The position numbers were made by a program, and so were the translations under genes. A stretch of DNA of 64,000 nt from Epiperipatus broadwayi (taxonomy: Eukaryota; Animalia; Onychophora): the NCBI GenBank assembly GCA_028023455.1, contig JAQFVV010000008.1:10044001-10108000 (forward strand), written 5' to 3'. Shown here piece after piece: positions 10,900-21,118 of the stretch (its first letter is position 1; every line of letters begins with the position of its first letter). The notes under the pieces were generated by a model. That model was not told the origin of the DNA and made no database searches. It saw only the letters and a list, made by a program, of their open reading frames with translations.

Positions 10900-13250
10900 T
10901 ATGAAATTGCATTCTGGGCGGTATTGAAATGTTATAAAAGGAACCACAGAACAAAGGAAGTTAGTTTTTAGACTTTCAGTTTTAGTTATCTTTCAGTGAG
11001 TTGAGATTTTCGTCAGCGTTTCAAGACCCTAACTTTAAGAAGCCGGTGCAAGTCCTGCGTGATGAAGTGTGAGTAGTGGAATCTAGCACATTTTTCTTCT
11101 TCTCTCGAAGAACTGTCTGCCTGCCACTGCCATGTTCCATCTAGCTGACCATACAACATGATTGCTTCTGACTGCTGATTGTTAATGATGCCGCTATGTG
11201 GTTTTTTTTCTTAGGTAACCTTTTAACGTAGAACTGCCTTCATAAGTCAATACTTTTGTAATTTGTAATCTATAGTTCAAGCTTCATATCTTAATTTATA
11301 TATTATTTTATAAGCTTCTGCTAATTTTGCTTTTAAACTCTCTCTGTCAGTAATCTTTTATTAATATCATGTATTTTAACTTACCTTTCACGCTTAATTA
11401 AATTATATATATAAATGTGTGCGATTCCATTAAGATTTTATGTATTTTGTTTAATGTATAAATATAATCTATTTTCTTTAATATGCCAAATCGCTAAATT
11501 CGCGAGTAAGGGGGGAAATAATTGTTTTACTTGAAAAAAGGGTGGGCTTTATTTAAAACTTATCAATAAAGTTTTCTTTATATTTAAATAGAAATATTGC
11601 TCGCGATTTTGGTTTCATTTTAAATTCATGATTCTTAAAGTAAATTAAAAACTTTTACTGTGGATGAATTTTGCTAAATTTGCTGCTTTGAGTTTGTCTT
11701 TAAATTTCTATTTTAAAAAGATCGTGAACCTTCGCATAATTAATTCATTCCTTTTTTTTTTTTTTTTGCTGGTGCCTGAAGGGCTAATTCGACCAGTCAA
11801 TACGTATTTGGGAATCGATTCTTTAAATGTAAATGTTGTTAGTTTAATAATATTATAAATAGAAGCGTTATTATTCATTATGATTAGTTAAATGACTCAG
11901 AATTGAAAACAGATTATTGCGCAAGAGGTTAGACCATTTCCAAACTTTAAATAATATTATAAAATTATATAAACGTTGCTGGCATACCTTTTCTTTTATT
12001 CTGATATTTTATCTTTTCCATTTCTTGATCGTTTTGTCATTGGGGACATCGAAAGCTTGAAGCTCCCGTCCTACTTTTCAAAATCGTTTATAATCATAGA
12101 CTCTCTCTGTGGAACGTAAGGTTTATGAGGATTATGTGCTGCGGATGGCAGTACATAATGATCTGGGGTCTCAAACTCAGCCTCTCCTTCGATATCGCTT
12201 CGCCAGAATGCGCGGACATATCAAATCTCAGTTCGTCTCAAGTATTCTTTTAAATGATAAAATATCCAATCACCATGAGGCCTTATTTCGTTATTGTATG
12301 CTAGTACCGTTAATTTGCTCTTGAATTTGGTCATCCGTCCGTCTAATCTTAGTAAGTCGCAATGATGTGTTAAAGATAATGATTCATTTCGTAAAATACA
12401 TTCAGTATGTTGATCTTAAAACTGCTTTCGTTAAAAAAAGCGTTATCGATTCCCAGAGACGTAAATCAATTTGTATAATTTATTCTCGTAAATATTGCGC
12501 ATTGTTTGTTTCTTATGTATACTTATTCTAAAGACGCTATGTCCAAACAATGCCTATCAAACATATATAATGATTTTAAGATTGTAAATAAATGATTGAG
12601 ACCGTACATTTACATTTATTTGCCAAAATGATTAATGTTGAATCATCATGTATCTTTCTGTAATCCGAACCTGTTCCGATCTTGTAGATTGTTTTGTACA
12701 TCCACAGCATTTTCTTTGTGAACATTTGTAAATTGGCATATCAACCCCGCACAACTTATAACACATTCTCTAAAGTTATATTCATGAAATAATCGATGTA
12801 AAGGGGGTTTTATAAAACAAATCCCAAGTTTTCAAAATGTATAAAATCACTCCAAGCGTGAAGCAATTTTGTAACATATATATGCATTTTCTATATTTAT
12901 TAAATATATATATAATTTCATGTAAATCCTGTTTTGTTTTTGAATTATTATTTTCTAGTTAATATTTAGAACTATTTTCTTTAGCTAATAGCTTAGCATT
13001 AGTGAATAAATAACTAATTCCTGGACTACTCCAATCTCGATCATCATCGTCAGTCTGATTTTATGCTCTACCGCTTTGCTTATGGGCACGGATTTAAAAT
13101 AATTTTACTGTGTCATCAGAATTGTTGTTCATTGGGTCAGAGATTCGAAGAATAGGCAAATAGGTTAGAATTCAGGATTGCTCCAGACCTGTGTATCTCG
13201 AGCATGATCGGATTCGAGGTACTTTTGCTTAGGATTTAAATCTTGTTAAG
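10900..13250. promoter_or_regulatory. CpG-retaining island, probable host promoter / first-exon region
   Basis: 13 CpG in 12001-12300 versus 2 in 13561-14760 (hand count). TCGCGA motifs at 11500-11505 and 11601-11606. Minus-strand splice donor AAAG|GTAAGT at 11379-11385. Confidence 0.55.
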
Positions 13251-13539
13251 TGAGCATTCTATTTTGTCAGGTACAATATATATCTGAAATTAGGACAGAG
13301 ATAAGTTTTGTCTCATTTAAAGTTAAAAACTTATCTCAGATTTTAAAAAATTTCTGTTAAACATAATTGTATATATATACATCTAATTAATGTATCTGAA
13401 TACATAAATTGTGAAATAGGTGTTTTAAAAGTTATAGATAAAGTTTGTTGGGAAAAGTTTGGGAAAAATAAATAGAAATTCATTATACAATTTTTATTTC
13501 CCAAGAGTGAGCACATAGCTTCAGTCACCCTTGCATATA

Positions 13540-14800
13540 CAAAGTCGTTAGGATAAAATAAATATGTTGTGAATCCACTGTGGACAGAAAATATGGTAAA
13601 ATTGTTGACAGAAATGGAAATAAAATATTTAGATGATATAAAACTCAGTGAGACAAAGAAGTGGATCATGAGGGGAAAATTTAAAAGGATGTAACATTTG
13701 TTAATCTAAAAAACAGCAGATGTAATGAAAAATTAATTGATTAAAGTACAGTGTTGTTGTCAATAATAGATGGTGGGTAGTTAGATTTTAAAATATTTTC
13801 AAAAGATTGTATAATTATTTAAATAAGCTGCTGCTGATGGATGAAACAGAATCAAATATAAAGAAACTGGAAAAAAATATTAAAACAATTACGTCATAAT
13901 AATGAAAGATTGGAATGTTATGGGACGGAAAAATTGACAATTTCTGGAAATTATGAGAAATAGGATTTTAAAAAAATAAGAAAGGTAAAAAAATCTGATG
14001 AATAAGATTTTCTGAAGAAAATAAATAATAAAGAATGTATAGTTTTAAAATGGCAAAAAAAGAATATATTTATGAAAAGTTTCAGATGATAAAAGTAGAT
14101 TTCAATTAGATTATACTTTGCTTTTAAATAGATTTAGGATAAGAATTAAGTGTGTGTGTATATATACATATCCTGTGCTAACATAAATTCAAATTATAAT
14201 TTAATAATAGTTGAAATAAGATTGTCTTTCAAGAAAATAAATAATTGGACTAAGAATAAAATGGACTACTATAAATTTGAAAAGAGATGCTAAGAATTTT
14301 TTTAAAATTTATTTGTAAGAAAATAAGTATAAGCAAAAAAGTACATAATAAAATTAATATAAATCAGAATTGTGAATTATTAAAAAATTAAAAGATCCTG
14401 CAAAGATGTTAGTAAATTATAAAGTGGTAAGAAGAATTGCAATAATTAGTTAAATATTTAACAAACAGTCATTTCATTTGTAGTGTTATTTATATGAAGC
14501 AAAAGTTTGAATAATTAAAAAGAGAGAAAAAAATATGTTAAAAAGATAGGATTAAAAACTTTCAGGTGTTGAAAAGCCATATATATTAATAAAATTAGGA
14601 AGAGGAAATGAATTAAAAATAGAGAAAAAGAACTAGAAAAAGAGACAAGTTGATAAATGACCTTGAAGAAGAATATAGGCAATTTTTGAAGAGTTGAATG
14701 ATTAAAGCACTCAGAAACAAAAGATTTAGGTTTATATACAATATTTGACTTCAGGCAGATATCTAGTAATAATGATGCCACAAATCATTAAATAACTGCT
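13540..14800 (+). mobile_element. Degenerate RTE-type LINE 5' part (endonuclease)
   Basis: LSETKKW (about 13643-13663), IMKDWNV (about 13897-13918, GDxNA motif), QLDYTL (about 14103-14120). Confidence 0.6.
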
Positions 14801-15298
14801 AAGTGCATTACAGTGTTACAAGGATGGATTTAAGAACTAAAACTTTTTAGATTAAAAATCAATCTGCTACTTATGTACTCAAACATTATACAACCTTTTG
14901 AATAGCTAAACTAATCATTTGATTATTATTATTTTCATTTTCGCAGCTTTGGTTTTGTTATTAATATAACAACATGGATATATATACATATAAAATAAAA
15001 TATCAATTTGGAGATTAATTATTGTAATAATAAAAAACAATAATGTATTAACAGTGATAATAAATATTACTAATAACCATTATAAAACATAGCAGTACTT
15101 TGAGTTATTTCCATTAACATTTTCAACTGGAAACCTTTTAAATTTGGGAGTAGTAAACATTATCATGTGATGTTTTCCTGAATGTTTGTGATGATAGTGT
15201 TTTAGCTGTATTTTTATATTGGACTATTTCCATCATCTAATACGTATGTTGAATGTCTTTAGAAAAGTTTAATTTTATTTAAATATTCCAAATACATT

Positions 15299-15466
15299 CA
15301 ACTGTTAGTAATATCACAGCAAACAGGTTAGTATATGCACCAACTATTAGTAATATCACAGCAAACAGGTGAGTATATGCACCAACTGTTAGTAATATCA
15401 CAGCAACCAGGTTAGTATATGCACCAACTGTTAGTAATATCACAGCAAACAAGTTAGTATATGCAT
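15299..15466. repeat. 42-bp tandem repeat x4 in the left arm (x2 inverted at 15645-15728)
   Basis: Unit CAACTGTTAGTAATATCACAGCAAACAGGTTAGTATATGCAC, contiguous with no spacers. Confidence 0.95.
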
Positions 15467-15506
15467 AACGTTTTGAGAGGTATTTTTCTCCCCTCTTCTT
15501 CAGATG
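15464..15506 (-). ncRNA. Minimal hammerhead-like motif, family A copy 2 left arm
   Basis: CAT-CTGAAGA-A-GAGGGG-agaaaaata-CCTCTC-AAAA-CG-TT-ATG. Six-bp stem II, AACGTT palindrome retained, stem I CAT/ATG. Confidence 0.6.
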
Positions 15507-15604
15507 TTTCTGGCCTGAGAGCATTACCTTAAAATTCAGTAATCAAGAATCTAAGGACCCAGGTTTAAATCCCATGCTAGTACTGTCAATGATCAGGCCA
15601 GCAA

Positions 15605-15647
15605 CACCTGAAGAAGAAGGGAGAAAAATACCTCTCAAAACATTGTG
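15605..15647 (+). ncRNA. Minimal hammerhead-like motif, family A copy 2 right arm
   Basis: CAC-CTGAAGA-A-GAAGGG-agaaaaata-CCTCTC-AAAA-CA-TT-GTG. Confidence 0.55.
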
Positions 15648-16032
15648 CATATATTAACCTGTTTGCTGTGAGATTACTAACAGTTGGTGCATATACTAAC
15701 CTGTTTGCTGTGATATTACTAACAGTTGAATGTATTTGGAATATTTAAATAAAATTAAACTTTTCTAAAGACATTCAACACACATATTAGATGATGGAAA
15801 TAGTCCAATATAAAAATACAACCATTATCATGTGATATTCCAAATTCATGAATTTTAGCATTATTATTTATCAAAAATTCCTTTTTTAATTTTCTTTCAT
15901 TATGGTTTCTTCCATATAAAGAATTCTAGTGTTTTCAGATTAAAAGTAAAAGTGAAATATGTTTATATATTTATATAAAAGTTGATGCTATTTTAACTAT
16001 TTTTTAATACTACATCTTAATTCACTAAAATA

Positions 16033-16255
16033 CCATATGATTACCATTTCCTACGCTTACACAAGCTGTTAATATAGTAGCAAACTCTCCATACATTAAT
16101 GCCACCTAGTGTAAGCTTTAGTAATCACTGGATTCAGGAAGATTTATGCATAAAATCCCTACTCAGTGCCTACTCATGCATCTCTAGACTAATTTCTAGT
16201 TTGTGACTTTCATTAGTTAGGAATCTTGGATCTGAGAGCACTGCCTTAAGATCTA
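16033..16255 (-). mobile_element. Family B hammerhead-bearing pLTR-like segment (core G5 mutated; motif at 16182-16221)
   Basis: Minus strand CCTAA-CTAATGA-AAGTCACAAACTA-GAAA-TTAG-TC-TAGAG, followed by sequence homologous to 19195-19313 and 20138-20286, including the tail GCTTGTGTAAGCGTA. Confidence 0.7.
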
Positions 16256-16259
16256 ATGC

Positions 16260-16500
16260 AACCTTCCAGAAGTCACCTTTATCTATTTAGTTTATAAAGA
16301 TATGAGTCCAAGATGAAAACACAATATCCAAGTTCTTTCACTTGTATAGTTATATAGATCTGGACCCAGTTCAGTATTCATATATTTTGGTGTCATTGGT
16401 TTTTAAAAACTACAGATACTATTATCTTATAGGCAGAACTGGTGTAAAACCACTAAAATGTCATCTGATTACCATTTCTTATAAGTCTTTAATTTGTTTA
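16260..16500 (-). pseudogene. Possible Penelope-like ORF 3' relic immediately upstream of the family B hammerhead
   Basis: Broken minus frame SDDILVV...KYMNTELG. A related KYINTELE fragment lies at about 21270-21310, also beside family B sequence. PLE assignment rests mainly on position. Confidence 0.3.
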
Positions 16501-17949
16501 TGAGTTTGAGAACAACATGTCTAATTTAGGGTGAAGATAAAAGTAGTGGAACTTGCAGAATTCTTAAAGAACTATGTACACACTCAATATCATTCACTAT
16601 ACAGGTAGAAATGTTTTTGAAGCAATAAAAAATCAGTCAAAAATGTAGTGTAGAAATCAGTTATAAAGATAATAAAAATAAATAGTGAAATAGTTTAATG
16701 CTTAGGAATTCTTAAAAAGGTTTTGAATACTGGAACCTTCAGATCCACTTCATCACTACCTCAAACCAAATAGGATTATAAAAATGGTGAATAATGAATG
16801 TATAGATTGTATTTCAAAATATGTGAACCAATTTGTGTATGATTGAATAATATATCATTTTCATTTCCGAAAAAGACAGTTTCATAATTCTGATTAATGA
16901 CTCAGATGAGATATTATTTTGCAACATATTCCGATATTAGATTAAACAAACAAATCTAAGTGACAGATTGTAGTGACATTGAAAAAAGGTGTTACAATAT
17001 TTTAGACACTAAGACCATGGACAATCAATGGTTATTTTAAGTAATGCATAATTTAAACATTTTTAATGATATCAATAAAAAATAATATTAACAGAATAAA
17101 ATAACAGGCTCATTAAAAAAAGATATTTTATATGGAACTTGAAGAGCTTTGTCAGAAAAGATAGATCTTTTTATATTATAAAAATTGTTTTTAAAAATAT
17201 ATATAGAGTTACAATATCAATTGTTTTTATTAGGAGAATATGGCTAAGAGTAGAACATAGTGAAGAGTTATATATTAAAGAAAGTAGCTAAGTGTTTCAG
17301 CAAAGGAAGTATCTATAAAGATAAGACTACATTCCAAAATGTTAAATAAGCAGACCAAAAAAAAAAACCAGTGTGTAAAATATATGGATGTAATTATGGT
17401 ACATTAAATGATTTGTAGAATGTCATCATAAAACTAATTATTAACTTTTTGATCTTTTTTGTTTTCTGTCCTCCACCCCCTAATATTCAGATGGCCATAT
17501 TTATTTCCAAGTCCCTACTAATCATTGATTATATTTAGGCTAATAATAATAGAAAATTAGATACAAATAATCAAATTTCATCCTTCCATATGTAATAATT
17601 TATTATGCAATATTTTATAGTGAGTATGAATAAAGTTATAATAATTTGTTTTAAACATTAATGTATTGGTTATAGAATAAAACGAAATGGAGAAAAAACA
17701 TGAAGTAAACAATTGTGTGATTTATTATGCTGCTGCTTATACATTTCTAATTCATGATGTTATGAGAAACACAGCATTAGCAGTCACTTGTAAATAAATT
17801 TAACCAGCCTAATTCCAGAATACTAAAACAAAGATTAAAAAGACAAAATAATAATAATACATTAGAGATAAATTTTATGATAACTACATAAACCAACATT
17901 TAAAACACAAATACTTGCACCGCAACATTCTAATCGGTCTTTCTATTTT

Positions 17950-19000
17950 AAAAATTATCAAAATATTTAAAGTGAACATTCTTTTAGTCTGATAATTACC
18001 TTGGGTATAACTTTCTGAAGATATTTTCCCCATTACTGGCTGGTACAGGAGTTTTTTAAACATTAATTGCTAAACCAATGTTACCCTCAAAACATTAATA
18101 CATTCTAAACTCCATGTACAATTATAATTGTATTTAAATATTATTAATACATTCTGTAGATCATATTTAAACTAACAAGAATATAACAATAAACATCTCA
18201 TTAGAGTTTTATAAGCCAAGAATATGAAATTCTTATTCATGTGTTCAAACCAAAAGTCCACCACTAAATCAGTATTATATCTTCACAAAACAAAGTATTA
18301 TCTATTCTAAAGACCATTGTCTGAAAATGGAAAATAAAATTGAAGTTAGTACATATCCTTATAAATATTCTTGCAATTCATATATTTCAGATCAATGCAT
18401 TATCAATAACAATGCTTTCTCCTAATATAAATTTCAGTGATCCAGGGATTGTGGCTAATTCTATCACTTTTAGTGTTGAAACTTTTAATAAAATATTCTA
18501 TTAATATATTTTATTTAATGGATAACCAATTTATTTTAAACATTACCACAAACTTGTTCAATGAGTCAATATCTTAATCAAATCAATAAAAGCAATATAT
18601 AAATCACTTCTTTTGATATTTTCTTGAATTTTTGCAGCAACAAAAACTATATCAATAGTGCTTCTTAATAACCTAAAAATTCCACTGATTTTCTAATAGG
18701 TATTCATCTATGGAAAAAGCAATGTAATAAGTATATCTTTACTGAGTGGATAATAATGATATTCCATGATAATTGAAATAATATAAATATTCTTAAGATC
18801 CGGAGACATATCTTACTGGATTCTTAAATTACTAAAAAAAATCAATAGTTTTGAAATCAACATATTACCATCATACTCTGAAATTTCTCTAGATATCTCT
18901 CAGAGCTTGCAGCCTTTCAATTTTTAAGATTATGAAGAGTTATTTTAATTTTATTAATACTATTTAAAAACATAATTTTAATTTTTGTACTAATATTCAA
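17950..19000 (-). mobile_element. RTE (BovB-like) RT relic
   Basis: RSTIDIVFVAAKIQENIKRSDLYIAFIDLIK (about 18570-18670) and KKLLYQPVMG (about 18030-18060) on the minus strand. Confidence 0.75.
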
Positions 19001-19028
19001 AAGGTGATCAAAATACACCACTGTTCAA

Positions 19029-19313
19029 GATCACATCATCACCATTTTTTATGCTTGCTCAAGCAGTTAAAACAGGCAAAATGCACAAGCCAGAGTAATA
19101 AATGGGCACAGGAATATTTGTGCATAAAATCTAGGTGCAATGCTCTTAGATTCAAGGCTTCTCACTGATGAAAGCCACAAACTAGAAACTATTCTGGGGA
19201 TATTGGATGAGTAAACACTAGATAGGGATTTTATGCACAAACCTTTTTGCATCTATTGATTACTCTGGTTTGTACTGAGTTGCACTAGTGTATGGAGAGT
19301 TTTGCCTGTTTTA
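19029..19313. mobile_element. Family B inverted hammerhead element with TSD (hammerhead 19160-19199, plus strand)
   Basis: TCTCA-CTGATGA-AAGCCACAAACTA-GAAA-CTAT-TC-TGGGG. The left arm 19062-19131 inverts 19227-19319. Tail 19029-19062. Direct repeat ACTGTTCAA at 19020-19028 and 19314-19322. Confidence 0.8.
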
Positions 19314-19997
19314 ACTGTTCAACATGTTATAAAGTATGTCACTATTTTAAACTCGTTTTAAATCCTTTTTTAGCTGCTAATATTAAAACTAATAAAATTA
19401 AAAAAGAAAATAAAAAGACCAGAGAAAATCACTAAAAGAAATTGTCACAATTGTTAATAATTTTTGACTTAAAAAAACAACCTCCAAATGTCAAAAAAAA
19501 TGTGTCAAGAATCAGACTAATTTACTCCCTCCATCAAAAATGTATATTGTTTTTGCTGCCAATGATTTACTGTTCATGAGAGAGAGAAAATGAAACCTTC
19601 TAGTTTTACTACTGGATTTCAAAAGTTGAAAGTTATTATTAAACAAAAGGCATTTCAATGTGAAGAACATCTTTTATATTTAGAGAAATGGGAAATAGCA
19701 GCAACAGATAGATTTGCAGCACTCTCTCAAAGAAAAATAAACAAATAGAAATTTTGAAAGAACTTTTGCATCATATTTGTCACATTAACATAGAGAAAAC
19801 ATCATATCAACAAACAGATACAAATTCTTGGAATTGAATCAATTCTATCAAGTTATGATACACTTTTTATTAAAAAAAATATATTCATTGAAAATTGGAC
19901 AATCTGTATCATGCAATAAAAGATTTATTTCCAATTTATTACCAATTATCTAAAATTAACTATTAAGCTTTTGAATAGTTATGTAAGAAAGAAAATA

Positions 19998-20286
19998 CAC
20001 AGATGCAAAACTCTCCATACAGTAGTGCCACTCAGAGCAAGCCAGAGTGCATAAAATTCCTATCTAATGCCTACTCATCCAATATTCCCAGACTCACTGA
20101 TGACTCACTGATGAAAGCCACAAGCGAGAAACTAGTCTGGGGATATGGCATTAGATAGAGATTTTATGCACAAACCTTCCTGCATCCATTGATTACTCTG
20201 GCTTACACTGAGTGGCGCTACTATATGAAGAGTTTTGCCTCTATGAAAAACAGCTTGTGTAAGCATAAGAATAGTGATCGTGTGAC
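19998..20286. mobile_element. Family B inverted hammerhead element with TSD (hammerhead 20104-20141, plus strand)
   Basis: CTCA-CTGATGA-AAGCCACAAGCGA-GAAA-CTAG-TC-TGGG. The left arm 19998-20094 inverts 20134-20243. Tail runs to 20286. Direct repeat GAAAGAAAATA at 19987-19997 and 20287-20297. An 11-bp duplication GACTCACTGAT sits at the junction. Confidence 0.85.
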
Positions 20287-20399
20287 GAAAGAAAATAGTC
20301 ATAGACACATATATATATATAATATTATATTTAATATTTTCAAAGTAATACATGGTTTAAAACAAAAAATAATTTGTTTATATATATGAGAATCATAAG

Positions 20400-21100
20400 A
20401 TTGTTGAAAATATACTGTAAAGCAATATCTTGAGGTGACTTTATCATCACTATGTTGATATATCAAGTAATTTAAAAGTTCATTAAAATTTATTAAAGAA
20501 ATACAGTTTCAATTTATTGCAGGAATGAACATGCTTATTCCTAGAGATGCTAATATTTAGTCTCCTTAATGGGCTGTCTTCACATTGAGATTTAACCCTA
20601 TTCAACTTCAATTCTTAGCTAGGTTTTCAAAACACAATATTAGATTTCCATTAATGTATTAGCAGGAAAAAAAATATTTTCAAGAGACTAAAAAATGCAT
20701 ATTGACTTGAAATTATATTAATAATAATTTTAATGCAATAAAATCAAAAAATGGAACATTGATGATATTTTCAAGTTAACATGACAGATATGGAAATTAC
20801 TGAAGATATTTTTTCATAGTGATCATATATATTCATGCATTAATATCCTTGCTATTATAGTTATAAAGATCTAAATCAGTTCAATATCCATATGTTTTGG
20901 TGACAATCAGTTTTTTTTATAATTGTAAGCACCTCATTTCTTTGAGCAGCATTGGTATAAAACTAAGCAAACATTACATAAGCCCAACTTACATAATGCT
21001 TTCAGGAGTAAATTCATATTTATAATATTACAGTTCTGTTACCTATTATAAGTTTGAATAATCAATAAATACTAGGTAGTAATGCTTATTAAATCCCTTC
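20400..21100 (-). mobile_element. Highly decayed RTE RT 3' relic
   Basis: Only weak residual similarity to RTE C-terminal blocks on the minus strand; no clean motif. Confidence 0.25.
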
Positions 21101-21118
21101 ATATCCTCAAACTAGTTT

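Larger units (their letters stand above)
15172..15822. mobile_element. Family A palindromic element, copy 2 (central deletion, internal 42-bp expansions, TSD)
   Basis: Arms are homologous to 768-1322. One-sided tail 15172-15203 matches the copy 1 tail. 14-bp direct repeat CATTATCATGTGAT at 15158-15171 and 15823-15836. The left tRNA head and the right A box are deleted at the junction near 15517. Confidence 0.9.

Noticed and set aside
10985-11015. CTGACGA…GAAA on the minus strand as a hammerhead
   Set aside because: No stem II can form between the two motifs, and there is no stem I or UH geometry.
12109-12324. 71-aa ORF in the CpG island as a gene
   Set aside because: It starts at GTG, has no recognisable domain, and its length is expected by chance in a locally GC-richer segment.
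13020-13090. Minus-strand AGCGGTAGAGC (A-box-like) plus CTGACGA as another tRNA/hammerhead element
   Set aside because: No B box, GAAA or paired stems were found; likely chance in a CpG-retaining region.
15279-15728. 42-bp repeat array as a CRISPR array, and ORF 15279-15524 as a repeat protein
   Set aside because: Units are contiguous with no unique spacers, no cas genes are present and the context is eukaryotic. The 14-aa periodic ORF is just the translation of the 42-bp unit inside a palindromic element.
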